From Bacteroidales bacterium (lineage in GTDB: Bacteria > Bacteroidota > Bacteroidia > Bacteroidales > VadinHA17), in contig JAXLTU010000011.1 in NCBI GenBank assembly GCA_046329885.1, positions 14,184 through 78,183 on the forward strand: 64,000 bases of DNA, written 5' to 3'. The stretch's first letter is position 1. The number at the start of each line of letters is the position of its first letter. A program made the translations under genes and the position numbers. Under the pieces are notes generated by a model. The model was not told the DNA's origin, ran no database searches, and saw only the letters and a list, made by a program, of their open reading frames with translations. Below, piece after piece: positions 1 through 10,564 of the stretch.

Positions 1-1610
1 ACAGTCTGGTTTTCTTCTATGTACTGGATCGCTTTCTTCAGTGTCGTGTCAAGTTCTTCCCAGACTGGATAGAATCCCTTGTTTTCGAATATATTCCTGG
101 CGATGTAAGCCTTGATCTGGATCTTGATAATCCTGCCTGAAGTTTCAATTCCCCTGGGATCTCTCTTTACACCGTTTTTTTCGGCGAAGGTGACGAACTG
201 GTCAAGCAAGGCCTGTCCATCGAGGAAGCTAACAAGTGAAGTGAGGTTCGGGAATTTCTGGAGCATGGTCCTGTTGCGCTCAGTGTAATCGAGCGCGAAT
301 CTGTAGATAAGATTTATCCTCACCCTGGCGAAATACATTGAAGTACCTGTAGTGTCAATGGGTATGAAGATATCGGGAGTAATTCCGCCTCCCCCGTATA
401 ATATCCTGCCCCCGGGTGTCACGTATTTTTTCCCGTTCTTGTAGTGTATACTGTCATTCTTCAGGAGTTCCCCGTTGGCCATTCTTTCCTGCATTTCCTC
501 GTAGTACTTGTCGGTGCCCTGGTCGTATGGTTTCTGGATTGATCTTCCGGTTGGGGTATAATATCTTGCTATAGTGAGCCGCAGGCCCGATCCATCGGTG
601 AACATAACAGGTTCCTGCACGAGTCCTTTGCCGAAGGATCTGCGTCCAATAATTGTTGCCCTGTCATTATCCTGAACAGCGCCGGCGAGAATCTCGCTTG
701 CCGAAGCGCTCCACTCGTCGATAAGCACGACAAGCTTGCCTTCCTCGAATTCGCCGCTGCCGGTAGCGATAGCGTCATTTCTGGGCTGAGCCCTTCCCTC
801 GGTGTACACTATCAGATCACCCTTTTTAAGAAACTGATTGGCTATCCGTATGGCTGCTTCCATGATGCCACCAGAATTACCTCTCAGGTCGACGATGAGT
901 TTATTCATTCCCATTCCCTTCAGTTCCCTCAGGGCTTTCATGAACTCGTCGTACGTGGTTAATGCAAAAGCATTGATCTTGATGTAGCCAGTGGATTCAT
1001 CTACCATGTAAGCCACGTCAACTGAATAGATGGGTATCTTGTCTCTTTTAATCTCGAAAGCGAGCAGGTCTTTCATGCCCTTGCGCAGTATCTTGATCCT
1101 TACCATGGTACCCCTCGGCCCTTTTAGCATGCTCATAGCCTTGTCATCAGTTATGTTATTCCCGGCCACGAGAGAGTCGTTCACGAAAATTATCTTGTCG
1201 CCAGCCATCAGCCCGGCTTTTTCGGATGGTCCCCCGGGTATCGTGCTCAAAACGAGAATGGTATCGGTTAACAGGTTAAAGGATATGCCAATGCCATCAA
1301 AGTTACCCTGGAGTGGTTCATTGGCTTTCTTCAAATCCCTTGCCGGTATATAGATTGAATGAGGGTCAAGCTTTTTCAAAATAGCCGGAATGGCAGCCTC
1401 CTCAAGTTGATTCCTGTTCACCGTATCCACGTAATTCTCGCCGATTATCCTGAGGATATCATTTATCTTGCTGCTCCGTCCTTTCATAGCGAGTGCAGGA
1501 TTGTCAGCAACCTGGCGAGGAAGATAAATGCCGGCAAGCAAGCCTATTACAAGAGATGCTGCAATTATTATCGGGAGGTAAATTGATCTGTTAGTGTTAT
1601 TGTACTTCAT
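1..1610 (-). CDS. S41 family C-terminal processing peptidase (partial; C-terminus runs off the window edge)
   Basis: Not in the ORF track because it is open at the window edge. My minus-strand translation starts MKYNNTNRSIYLPIIIAASL (ATG at 1608-1610) and contains the S41 catalytic region LIDEWSASASEILAGAVQDNDRATIIGRRS at about 640-730. It overlaps the stop of the upstream dCMP deaminase by 14 nt. Confidence 0.85.
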   Translation of the reverse strand, partial: MKYNNTNRSIYLPIIIAASLVIGLLAGIYLPRQVADNPALAMKGRSSKINDILRIIGENYVDTVNRNQLEEAAIPAILKKLDPHSIYIPARDLKKANEPLQGNFDGIGISFNLLTDTILVLSTIPGGPSEKAGLMAGDKIIFVNDSLVAGNNITDDKAMSMLKGPRGTMVRIKILRKGMKDLLAFEIKRDKIPIYSVDVAYMVDESTGYIKINAFALTTYDEFMKALRELKGMGMNKLIVDLRGNSGGIMEAAIRIANQFLKKGDLIVYTEGRAQPRNDAIATGSGEFEEGKLVVLIDEWSASASEILAGAVQDNDRATIIGRRSFGKGLVQEPVMFTDGSGLRLTIARYYTPTGRSIQKPYDQGTDKYYEEMQERMANGELLKNDSIHYKNGKKYVTPGGRILYGGGGITPDIFIPIDTTGTSMYFARVRINLIYRFALDYTERNRTMLQKFPNLTSLVSFLDGQALLDQFVTFAEKNGVKRDPRGIETSGRIIKIQIKAYIARNIFENKGFYPVWEELDTTLKKAIQYIEENQT

Positions 1611-2136
1611 AAATGTCTTTTTCGGGGTCAACAAAAACCATTTCTATGCCTGCGCGTTTTAAAAGATCCAACCCGTCAGTCTTGTGATACTTGTTGCAGT
1701 AGACAACTCTCCTTATGCCAGCCTGGATTATCAGCTTGGCACACTCCATGCAGGGAGAGGTGGTTACATAAAGTGTCGAGTCCTGACTGGAATTATGTGA
1801 CTTGGCTACCTTCGTTATCGCGTTCGCCTCGGCATGCAAAACGTACGGTTTTGTTATATTATTGTCGTCTTCACACTTGTTTTCAAAACCGGATGGAGTG
1901 CCATTATAACCATCAGAAATTATCATCTTTTCCTTGACAATGAGGGCGCCAACCTGGCGGCGGATACAGTATGAGTTCCTGGCCCATATTAACGCCATCT
2001 CGATATACCTCTTGTCAAAAGCTTTCTGTTTCTCACCGTAGGGTTTCAAAACGTCATTCTTCGTCATGCCGCGGTTGTTTGATGTTTCTAAAAAGCGTTC
2101 AAAGTTAATCAAATTTATTAATGGTGAATCTTTCAT
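1597..2136 (-). CDS. deoxycytidylate (dCMP) deaminase, ComEB family
   Basis: 179-aa ORF with the zinc-deaminase motifs HAEANAI and PCMECAKLI. Confidence 0.9.
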   Translation of the reverse strand: MKDSPLINLINFERFLETSNNRGMTKNDVLKPYGEKQKAFDKRYIEMALIWARNSYCIRRQVGALIVKEKMIISDGYNGTPSGFENKCEDDNNITKPYVLHAEANAITKVAKSHNSSQDSTLYVTTSPCMECAKLIIQAGIRRVVYCNKYHKTDGLDLLKRAGIEMVFVDPEKDIYEVQ

Positions 2137-2245
2137 TTGAATGGCAGACCGGCATCGCGATCAAGAGTCAGATCGTCCACGAGCTTCACAAAAAACCATG
2201 CTGAAAGTAAATGGAGGTTGTCTGAATCAGTAATTTTGATTAATT

Positions 2246-2629
2246 ATGTATCCCGTTTATAAATACAACAACATGACAAGGCTTGAGACTTTTGCTGAAA
2301 AGAAAATCTTTCACGTTGAGAAAGGCGAAATGACATTGAATTGCGAGCAGGATGCTGTTGATATGGCTGCATTATGCGGTGAAAATGATACTAACCTGAT
2401 CCTTGTCGGTGAAGGTGTAGCCGGCGAGGAGTTTTTTGACCTGAAGACCGGCGTTGCCGGTGCCGTCCTCCAGAAGTTTTCCAATTACAGGATCAAAGCT
2501 GCTTTTGTCATCGACAGGGAAAAAGCCAGGGGAAGGTTTGCCGAGATGGCTTCGGAATCGAATAGACACGGGGCAAATGGCTTCTTTTTCGAAGAGAATG
2601 ACGCCAGGAAATGGCTGGTCTCTCGTTGA
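2246..2629 (+). CDS. DUF4180 domain protein
   Basis: The motif FFDLKTGVAGAVLQKFSNYRIKAAFV matches my memory of DUF4180. A TAATTTTG -7-like box at 2231-2238 lies only 8 nt before this ATG, so the real start may be the internal Met at 2273. Confidence 0.7.
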   Translation: MYPVYKYNNMTRLETFAEKKIFHVEKGEMTLNCEQDAVDMAALCGENDTNLILVGEGVAGEEFFDLKTGVAGAVLQKFSNYRIKAAFVIDREKARGRFAEMASESNRHGANGFFFEENDARKWLVSR

Positions 2630-2688
2630 TTCCTGATCGTGGTTGATAACATTTCGAGTTATTAACTATTTCTTTATCAGTTGATAAT

Positions 2689-2696
2689 TATTTTTG
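2689..2696 (+). promoter_or_regulatory. Bacteroidetes-type -7 promoter box (TAnnTTTG)
   Basis: TATTTTTG is an exact match to the TAnnTTTG consensus, 79 nt upstream of the ATG at 2775. No transcript data. Confidence 0.35.
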
Positions 2697-2774
2697 CCGC
2701 GTTAATGCTAACCCGGTTGGTATGAATTTTGCATTATACCGGGATATTAACCAAACTATCATTTATTTTTTAAT

Positions 2775-3353
2775 ATGAAAAGAACTTTATACCTGATCGT
2801 GCTGATGTTACTTGCCATGTCAACTTACGGGCAGGACAAATTGAAGGATTCCCGCGACGGGAATACTTACTCGACAATAGTGGTGAATGGAAAAGTCTGG
2901 ATGGCAGAGAACCTGAGATTTAAAACCAACGGTTCCTCCTTCTTCGAGAACGACGCATGCAATGCTGTTAAGTATGGTGCTTTATATGACTGGAAAACAG
3001 CAAATAATGTTTGCCCTGAAGGATGGACACTTCCTTCCGGTTCAGATTACCGTGACCTTATGAATTACTACGACCAGGAAGAATCGAGAAGAAAGAAGAG
3101 TGATGGTCCCTCATCAATTGGTGTTACTTTCGGAGGAATGCAGAATTACGAGGGAACGTATACCGAGATGGATGAGAGCGCCTACTGTTGGACCTCAACT
3201 GAATATGACAAGGAACACGCTGAATATTTCAGCTACATGATAATTACTGACAATCATGTTGTCGATCTTTCCAGACCTGAAGATATCAATGATATTCACG
3301 GCGCCGAGAAAAACAACAAGTACTCGGTACGTTGCGTGAAATCAGGCAAATAG
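2775..3353 (+). CDS. FISUMP (Fibrobacter succinogenes major paralogous domain) family lipoprotein
   Basis: Signal peptide, then DSRDGNTYSTIVVNGKVWMAENL, YGALYDW, CPEGWTLPS and YSVRCVK, which are typical of the TIGR02145-type domain. Confidence 0.75.
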   Translation: MKRTLYLIVLMLLAMSTYGQDKLKDSRDGNTYSTIVVNGKVWMAENLRFKTNGSSFFENDACNAVKYGALYDWKTANNVCPEGWTLPSGSDYRDLMNYYDQEESRRKKSDGPSSIGVTFGGMQNYEGTYTEMDESAYCWTSTEYDKEHAEYFSYMIITDNHVVDLSRPEDINDIHGAEKNNKYSVRCVKSGK

Positions 3354-3399
3354 CAGTAATTTCATTATATATAGCATCTTCTGATGCAATTTTAATCTG

Positions 3400-3434
3400 G
3401 CAGGGTATCACTTGATATCCTGCTTTTCTTTTTC
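3400..3434 (+). terminator. intrinsic terminator downstream of the FISUMP gene
   Basis: GCAGGGTATC-ACTT-GATATCCTGC forms a 10-bp stem (one G-U pair), followed directly by TTTTCTTTTTC. Confidence 0.55.
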
Positions 3435-3693
3435 GGGTATTGATTACAGTTGATTCTGCATTGAACATGATATAGGTTTTCGTTGTTAAAAAAATACAGT
3501 CCGGGTATTCAGGTTTTCTCATCACGACCACAAAAGGAAAAAGATTGGTATATTGGTACTCACCTCGGAGAGTTCAGATCAGTTATTGATTAATAGTAAC
3601 ACTGCATGTCTGCACACTTTTAATAACCGTGACTTACAGGCTTGCTGATTTTCAGCAGGCTATCTTAATGTCAAGCCGGTATCAGTACTTGTT

Positions 3694-4493
3694 ATGATTA
3701 TGCTTGCAGCCAGTGTACTGTGTTTCGTGGTAAGCGAGCTTACCGGAAACTACAGTCAGGTTGATAATGGCAAATTATATTGCCTGTTATATCACTCTGC
3801 GGTTACTTATTCTGAAAACCCGTCCCCGCGTCTTCTGCTGATGGCCATACTTGTTACAGCGTGGGGGTTTTTCAGAGCCGATTGTAATTTCTGGCGAAAA
3901 AAGGTGGCTAATATTATCCCCTGGAGGGGAGAGGAGGACTACAGGTGGAAGATAATGAGAGATAATCACGTTCTGAAAGGCCGATTTAGGTTTGGTCTTT
4001 TCAACCTTTTATTTATATCTCTTTATCAGAATTTCCTTATCCTTCTATTCTCTTCGCCGCTAATGTCGCGAGCCGGAGCCGGGAAAATTCTTCAACTCTG
4101 CTTGACCTGGCCTTCCATTATAATCATCCTTGCACTCCTTGTCGAGACAGTGCCGATAACCAGCGATTCCGAGGTTCACGAGGAAAGGAGCAAGGGAAGC
4201 TTGACGGGAAGTATTCCACTTCCGTTCAAAAAGGGTTCATTACTGAAGGGATTTGGAAATACAGCAGGCATCTGTTGGTGCCGAGCGAACCAGTATGGAT
4301 CGGTTTTTATATCTTTAGTATTGCCGCCCATCAATTGTAATAAATATTTCTGTTACAGGATGTTTTATGCTCGTGCTCCTGTTCCTGGGCAGCTCGAGTC
4401 GACTGAAAAGATAAGTAATGGTAAATACCGGGCTATGCCGAATACATGAGGAGAGTCCCAAGGTATCTGCGCGTCTTTTCAAGTGATTCTTAA
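3694..4493 (+). pseudogene. DUF1295 family membrane protein (steroid 5-alpha-reductase-like), interrupted by several frameshifts
   Basis: One frame reads LTGNYSQVD...WRGEEDYRW...LFNLLFISLYQN. The frame then switches: ADNQRF...GFITEGIWKYSRH, then LLVLLFLGSS, then KYRA/YAEYMRRVPRYL ending at TAA 4491-4493. At least 3-4 frame changes are needed. The N-terminus may begin upstream of 3694. Confidence 0.6.
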
Positions 4494-4511
4494 CCATGAA
4501 AACAAATTGAA

Positions 4512-5418
4512 ATGAAAATTCATCATTGTCCTGACCTGCTGTTTTACATATTGTTTGTCTTTGCAAGTGGGGTATTTGTCAGCGTACAGACTGATCCATT
4601 CAGACCCGATAGCGGGCAGCCTGTTGTCAACGCGGAAGGTATGGTACTGGCCTGGAACGAAGAGTTTAATTACACGGGAGCGAACCTGATCCTGCAGTAT
4701 GGCGGTTCGAAGAAGGATTTATAAAGAGACAATGAATTACAATGGTATACATCAAAAAATGCTGTTTGCGGAAACGGTGTCCTGTTAATAGAAGGTCGAA
4801 GGGAGAAACTGAAGAATCAGGGATATGTTATTGGAAGTACTGACTGGAGGAAAAACAGGGAATATGCCGATTTCACTTCTTCGGCATTTCAGACAAGGAG
4901 TAAGAAAACGTTAGCAATTCAGGCGTTTTGAAATAAGGGCAAGAATTGATACCGTGCTGGGTTCGTGGCCTGCCATCTGGACACTTGGAACTACAAAACC
5001 ATGGCCTAACAATGGAGAGATTGATATAATGGAGTTCTACAGGGTTGGTGTTACCCCTTCTATTCTCGCGAACGCTGCATGGGGTTCCAATGAAAGATGG
5101 AAAGCTAAATGGGATGACGTTAAGATTCCACTTTCAGGATTCACATCTGCTGATCGCGACTGGGTCAGGAAATTCCACCTGTGGAGGATGGACTGGGATG
5201 AAAATGAAATTCGTCTTTATCTTGACGATACACTCATGAATACCATTTCGCTTGCCGAGACAATAAACCCCGATGGTTTTAATCCAATGCACCAGCCTCA
5301 TTATATTCTTCTTAACCTGGCTATAGGTGGAAATGGTGGTATACCTCGTGAAACTACCTCGGTAATCAGGTATGAAGTTGATTACGTGAGGATATACCAG
5401 AAAGTGCAGGAAAAATAG
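4512..5418 (+). pseudogene. glycoside hydrolase family 16 (laminarinase-like), interrupted by frameshifts
   Basis: The signal peptide and LAWNEEFNYTG are in frame 1. EPDPAVWRFEEGFI, then NELQWYTSKNAVCGNGVLLIEGRREK, then FRRFEIRARIDTVLGSWPAIWTLG...NNGEIDIMEF (ExDxxE catalytic motif) are in other frames. Frame changes are near 4676, 4725 and 4915. Confidence 0.75.
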
Positions 5419-5450
5419 GGATGAGGTTACTTTAATTCATCCCGAATTTT
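5418..5450 (+). terminator. possible terminator hairpin after the GH16 gene
   Basis: GGGATGA (5418-5424) pairs with TCATCCC (5437-5443), followed by GAATTTT. The loop is 12 nt and the U-tract is weak. Confidence 0.35.
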
Positions 5451-5720
5451 CTAAATCAGTTATTTTCCTTCATGACAGGGTAAACCGCCATGGTTGCTTT
5501 TTGCTCCATAACAGCAACATTACCTTTCTTATAAACTGATTGAAATTTTCCTGATAAATTAATCTATCCTTTGCCGGGATCATTTTAGTTGATGTTAGTC
5601 CGCCAGGAAGAAAAGACAGATTTTAATAGTAAATCGCTGCTTTTATCCGCTAGTTTTTGCCTGTGATATATATCTGTTGATATTTCTGGATAGAGAACTC
5701 GGATTTAAATTGATAAGACT

Positions 5721-5728
5721 TACTTTTG
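5721..5728 (+). promoter_or_regulatory. Bacteroidetes-type -7 promoter box (TAnnTTTG)
   Basis: TACTTTTG lies 26 nt upstream of the ATG at 5754. Confidence 0.35.
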
Positions 5729-5753
5729 ATTTATTAACCAATATATCATAGCT

Positions 5754-6668
5754 ATGAAAAGGGGGTTATTCATTACAACAATTCTGACTGTCGCGGCAGT
5801 GGTTCTTGTTTTTACCTGGCAGTCATGCACGAACAAGGACACAGGATCATTTTCGTTTGCTTTCATGACGGATATACATCTTACATACGAGCGCCATGCT
5901 GTTGAAGGATTCAAACAGGCAATTGGGAAGGTCAACGAGTTGAAGCCTGATTTTGTTATTACAGGCGGCGATCTCATTATGGATGCTTTGCAGCAGAGAT
6001 ATTCAGCGGCAGATTCGCTTTATGATCTTTATATCGAGACGATTAAAGATCTTAAGGTTCCGCTTTATAATACGATGGGCAATCACGAGCTTTACGGTAT
6101 CTATTCCAAAAGTGGTGCTGATAAGGCTGGCAATGAATATGGCGAAAAGATGTATGAAGCCAGGATAGGGAACTCCTATTATTCATTCGAGCACAAGGGT
6201 TGGAAATTCATGGTGCTTAACTCTGTAGAAGACACCGGTAAGGACAGATATATAGGGAAGATTGACGATCAGCAGTTAGCCTGGATAAAGGAAGAGCTTG
6301 ATAAGACCAGTCCCTCCATGCCAATTGTAATAAGCACCCATATCCCGTTTATAACTGCCAATACCCAGAAATACTCCGGGACTACTGTTGCTAATGATTC
6401 ATCAACGGTCGTTTATAACGGGAAGGAAGTGCTGGATCTTTTCAAGGGTCATAACCTTAAACTCGTGCTCCAGGGTCATCTTCATACTGTTGAAGACGTG
6501 TTTGTTGATGGAATACATTTCGTGACAGGCGGGGCAGTTTCGGCTGGCTGGTGGAACGGGCCATTCGAGAATACGGAGGAAGGATTCATGATGCTCACGG
6601 TTAAAGGTGAGATAGTTTCATGGAAGTATATAGACTATGGATGGAAGGTTAACAATGAAAAACAATGA
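5754..6668 (+). CDS. metallophosphoesterase (calcineurin-like), secreted
   Basis: Signal peptide plus the motifs MTDIHL, GGDL and GNHE. Its stop overlaps the next start (ATGA at 6665-6668). Confidence 0.85.
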   Translation: MKRGLFITTILTVAAVVLVFTWQSCTNKDTGSFSFAFMTDIHLTYERHAVEGFKQAIGKVNELKPDFVITGGDLIMDALQQRYSAADSLYDLYIETIKDLKVPLYNTMGNHELYGIYSKSGADKAGNEYGEKMYEARIGNSYYSFEHKGWKFMVLNSVEDTGKDRYIGKIDDQQLAWIKEELDKTSPSMPIVISTHIPFITANTQKYSGTTVANDSSTVVYNGKEVLDLFKGHNLKLVLQGHLHTVEDVFVDGIHFVTGGAVSAGWWNGPFENTEEGFMMLTVKGEIVSWKYIDYGWKVNNEKQ

Positions 6669-8085
6669 ATAAACAGATTAAAGCCGGTTTATTTGGAATT
6701 GGTCTTGATACATATTGGGCACAGTTTCCCGGGTTACTGGAAAAACTGAATGGCTATCTGCAGGGAGTATCAGATAAGTTAACAGCTCTCGATTGTGTTG
6801 TTGTCAATGCAGGTATGGTTGATAATCCTTCAAAGGCCGTGTCAGCAGCCGGATTATTTAATCGCGAGGAAGTTGATATAATTATATTGAATATTTCAAC
6901 TTATGCCCTTTCTCATAATGTCCTTCCTTTGCTGCAACGAACCAAAGCCCCGTTGCTGGTACTTAACCTTCAGCCAATGAAGGCGATTGATTATACCAGT
7001 TTCAACAGCCTTGGTGACAGGGGCCTGATGACTGGTGAATGGCTTTCCTTCTGCCAGAGCTGCGTTACACCGGAACTGGCGAGCGTGTTTAACAGGGCTG
7101 GTATAGGCTATCATCTTATTACCGGTTGGCTGGATGATAACGATTCGTGGAAAGAAATATCAGACTGGCTGGATGCCTCGAGAATTAAAAAGGTTTTGTC
7201 TGAGACCAGGGTCGGGGTATTAGGGCACTATTACAATGGGATGCTTGATGTATACAGTGATATAACGATGCTGGCAGCAGCTTTTGGATGTCACTTTGAA
7301 CTATTCGAGTTTGGTTTGTTAAAGCAGCACACGATAAATGTTGCAGTTGACAAAATTGATAAGGAGATCGAGTCATTCCGGGGCTGGTTCGATGTGTCGC
7401 CTGATTGCACGTTGTCTGACCTGAGATCATCAGCTGCTTCATCAGTAGCCTTGCGAGAACTGGCTGCCGAATTAAATATTGCGCACTGGTCGTCATTACG
7501 AGGGTTCAGGAGTATGCCACCGAGAGTATAACGGCACTTGATGATACCGGGAATGACGCTTCTCACTGGCAATAATATTCCGTACAGCGGGGAAATCGCG
7601 ATAAAGAACGTGATAGCCATGAAGATTTTTTAGATACTCTTGGGGCTGGCGGATCATTCTCAAATTTACCTGACCGATTTGAAAAAGACGAGGTACTTCT
7701 TGGGCATGATGGTCCTGGCCATTATCGAATAGCTGATGGAAGGGTGAAACTCGTTCCCCTGCCTGTTTTTCATGGCAAGCCAGGCTCCGGATTATCTATT
7801 CAAATGAAAGTTTCAAACGGACCCGTTACTCTTCTTTCAGTCTGCCAGACGAGCGATGGTAAAACGATTCTCTTAACCGCCGAGGGAGAATCAGTCCCTG
7901 GACCTACATTGCAGATAGGCAATACAAACAGCCGGTACAGGTTCAGCATTGGAGCGAAGGAGTTTATAAACAGATGGGCTGGAACCGGTCCTTCTCACCA
8001 CTGCGCGGTGGGAATTGGTCATCATGCCTCGAGTATCGAAAAACTGGCTGAATTATTACAAGTCGGATATTCAAGGATTTGCTGA
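6665..8085 (+). pseudogene. L-arabinose/L-fucose isomerase family sugar isomerase, interrupted by frameshifts
   Basis: ORFs 6665-7531 and 7744-8085 are the N- and C-terminal parts (the C-terminal part has GPSHHCAVGIGHH). Between them, pieces lie in different frames: HYEGSG, EYATESITAL, MTLLTGNNIPYSGEIAIKNVIAMKIF and LDTLGAGGSF...VLLGHDGPGH. The last junction is restored by changing the T6 run at 7626-7631 to T7. Confidence 0.6.
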
Positions 8086-8118
8086 AATGAATTATTTTTA
8101 GGGCTTATTTTTTAGCTC

Positions 8119-9609
8119 ATGAAAGAAAGCAGGACAGTGCTTGTTATTGGGGCAGGTATAGGAGGATTAGCTACCTCGGTTTACCTCGCGAGGGCAGGCT
8201 ATGATGTCACGGTTATTGAAAAAAACAATGTGCCGGGAGGCCGGTGTGGACAGCTGATTCACGAAGGACACAGGTTCGATCTTGGTGCAACAATGGTGTT
8301 AATGCCGGGTGTTTATCGTGAAGTTTTCAGTGATCTTGGAATTGACTTTGATGAAGAACTGAATATCAGGGAACTTGAGCATCTCTACAGGCTCTGGTTC
8401 GATGACGGGTCGGGATTGACTTTTTCGACCGACAGAACTAAGCTGTCCGAGCAACTTGAATCATTCGAGAAAGGTAGTTCAGCGAAAGCAGAAAAGTATA
8501 TAACTGAAGGATACGGGTTTTACGAGGAAGCAAAGGGTAAACTTATTGGCAGGAATTTTCTGAACTTTTTCCAGTTTGCCACTCCCGCTAATATGGCCAT
8601 GCTCGTGAAGCTCAAGACTTATCTTACCCACCAGCAGTATATCCAGCGTTTCTTCAAAAACGACCATTTGCAGATGGCTTTTACTTTCCAGAATATTTAC
8701 GTTGGACAAAGCCCGTTCAATTCACCCGCGTTCTTTTCAATGATACCGGCCATAGAGATCAAGGAAGGATCTTTCTTCCCGAAAGGTGGAATATATTCTG
8801 TTGTTGAGAATCTCGTCAGAAACGCTGAAAAGGCTGGTGTGAAAATCCTGTTCAATGCTGAAGCGAGCTTAATAGATACTGATGGCAAAGAGGTAACTGG
8901 TGTAAGACTTATAACAGGAGAGACCCTTAGGCCTGATATTGTAGTTGCCAATGCTGATCTTCCTTACGTGTACAGTAACCTGCTTAATGACAGGAAGAAG
9001 ACTTCAAACCTCAGGAAAAAGAAATATTCCTGTTCAGCAATGGTTTTTCACTGGGGACTTGACAAGGTCTACCCGCAATTAGCGCATCATAATGTTTTTC
9101 TTTCCGACACTTTCCGGACTGGCTTAAAGGTAATCTTCAGGGATAAATCAGCCGATCCTCACCCGAGTTTTTATGTTCATGCACCGGCCAGAACTGACAA
9201 GTCAGCAGCACCTGAAGGATGTGATACCCTTTCGGTGATAGTCGGTATCGGCCATGTTGATGACAGTCGTGACCAGGACTGGCAGGAAATGAAACGTATC
9301 ACAAAGGATGCTGTTATTAAAAGATTAGAGGAAGCCGGCCAGCCTGATGTTGGTGAGCATATAAAGTTTGAAGTCTGCTACACGCCTAAATCGTGGGAAA
9401 GCGCGTACAATGTTACCAACGGTTCGGTTTTTGGAAGCCTGAATCATTCACTCTTCCAGATGGGCTATTTCAGACCACATAACAGGCACGATGTTCTTAA
9501 AAACATGTACTTCACGGGAGGAAGCACTCATCCGGGCAATGGAATCCCGCTGGTTCTGCTTTCTGCAAAACTTGCTTCATCCAGGATAATTAGCGAACAA
9601 AACAGGTGA
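8119..9609 (+). CDS. crtI: phytoene desaturase family protein (CrtI/CrtN-like)
   Basis: FAD-binding fold VLVIGAGIGGLATSVYLARAGYDVTVIEKNNVPGGRCG and C-terminal FTGGSTHPGNGIP. I cannot distinguish C40 CrtI from C30 CrtN by eye. Confidence 0.8.
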   Translation: MKESRTVLVIGAGIGGLATSVYLARAGYDVTVIEKNNVPGGRCGQLIHEGHRFDLGATMVLMPGVYREVFSDLGIDFDEELNIRELEHLYRLWFDDGSGLTFSTDRTKLSEQLESFEKGSSAKAEKYITEGYGFYEEAKGKLIGRNFLNFFQFATPANMAMLVKLKTYLTHQQYIQRFFKNDHLQMAFTFQNIYVGQSPFNSPAFFSMIPAIEIKEGSFFPKGGIYSVVENLVRNAEKAGVKILFNAEASLIDTDGKEVTGVRLITGETLRPDIVVANADLPYVYSNLLNDRKKTSNLRKKKYSCSAMVFHWGLDKVYPQLAHHNVFLSDTFRTGLKVIFRDKSADPHPSFYVHAPARTDKSAAPEGCDTLSVIVGIGHVDDSRDQDWQEMKRITKDAVIKRLEEAGQPDVGEHIKFEVCYTPKSWESAYNVTNGSVFGSLNHSLFQMGYFRPHNRHDVLKNMYFTGGSTHPGNGIPLVLLSAKLASSRIISEQNR

Positions 9610-9610
9610 A

Positions 9611-10564
9611 ATGAAAGATCTAAAGTCAACTTACCTTGAAATATTCAATTCGATAGATTTCGAGAAAATAAAGGATCACCCCAATATACTTATTGCCGCG
9701 AACTTCTGGGAAGCTGACAGGTTCCAGGCGGCAAAGACCTGCTACAAGTTCATGAGGGCAATAGATGATCTGATTGATGATCACAAAGCTGCAAAACAGA
9801 CAATAACTGCCGATGAAAAAGAAGTTTTTCTTGCTGACGTGGATAGATGGCTAAAGATGATCTATAACGGGAATAGCCAGAATCCTCTTCAGACAGAACT
9901 GACAGATACGATTAACAAGTATCATATACCGGCCTGGCCACTAGAAGCATTCGCCAGGTCGATGATTTTTGATATTAACAATGACGGGTTCTCAACTCTT
10001 GAAGAATTCATTGGATATTCGGGAGGTGCCTCCGTTGCACCAGCGGCCATCTTCGTTCATCTCGCGGGCCTTAGAAAAGATGTAAACGGGTATCTTCCAC
10101 CAGTATTCGATGTTAAGGAAGCAGCCAGGGCTTGCGCCATCTTCAGTTACCTGGTGCATATTATCCGCGATTTCGTGAAGGATCAGTTAAATAACCTGAA
10201 TTATTTTGCTGACGACATGCTTGTCAGGAACGGACTGACCAGGAATGATCTTACCCTTATAGCTAGAGGTTCGGAGGTAACCGATGGTTTCAGGAAGATG
10301 ATTGCAGAGTATCTTCAGCTCGCGGAAGAGTACAGGGTGAAAACAAAACATTGTATTGAAAACATCTGGCCATTCCTGGAACCGCGCTACCAGTTAAGCC
10401 TTGAGATCATTTTTGAACTTTACCAGATGGTTTTCGAGAGAATAGACCCGGTAAATGGAACTTTCTCCACCAGGGAACTCAATCCCACTCCTGCAGAGTC
10501 TGCTGAACGAGTGCTTAAAACGATCTTGTCATCTAAAACCCTTCAGAATAGTGAATCCCGTTAA
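9611..10564 (+). CDS. crtB: phytoene/squalene synthase family protein (CrtB/CrtM-like)
   Basis: Asp-rich motifs MRAIDDLIDD and IIRDFVKD. It starts 1 nt after the crtI stop. Confidence 0.8.
   Translation: MKDLKSTYLEIFNSIDFEKIKDHPNILIAANFWEADRFQAAKTCYKFMRAIDDLIDDHKAAKQTITADEKEVFLADVDRWLKMIYNGNSQNPLQTELTDTINKYHIPAWPLEAFARSMIFDINNDGFSTLEEFIGYSGGASVAPAAIFVHLAGLRKDVNGYLPPVFDVKEAARACAIFSYLVHIIRDFVKDQLNNLNYFADDMLVRNGLTRNDLTLIARGSEVTDGFRKMIAEYLQLAEEYRVKTKHCIENIWPFLEPRYQLSLEIIFELYQMVFERIDPVNGTFSTRELNPTPAESAERVLKTILSSKTLQNSESR

Noticed and set aside
3286-3531. 81-aa minus-strand ORF in the gap after the FISUMP gene
   Set aside because: It overlaps the 3' end of the FISUMP gene and runs through a strong plus-strand terminator hairpin. 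It has no motif and an unconvincing composition.
10455-10550. N-terminal extension of the phosphatase-like ORF
   Set aside because: It overlaps the last 110 nt of crtB in another frame. The family normally starts shortly before the NFRD motif, and the in-frame GTG at 10551 fits better.
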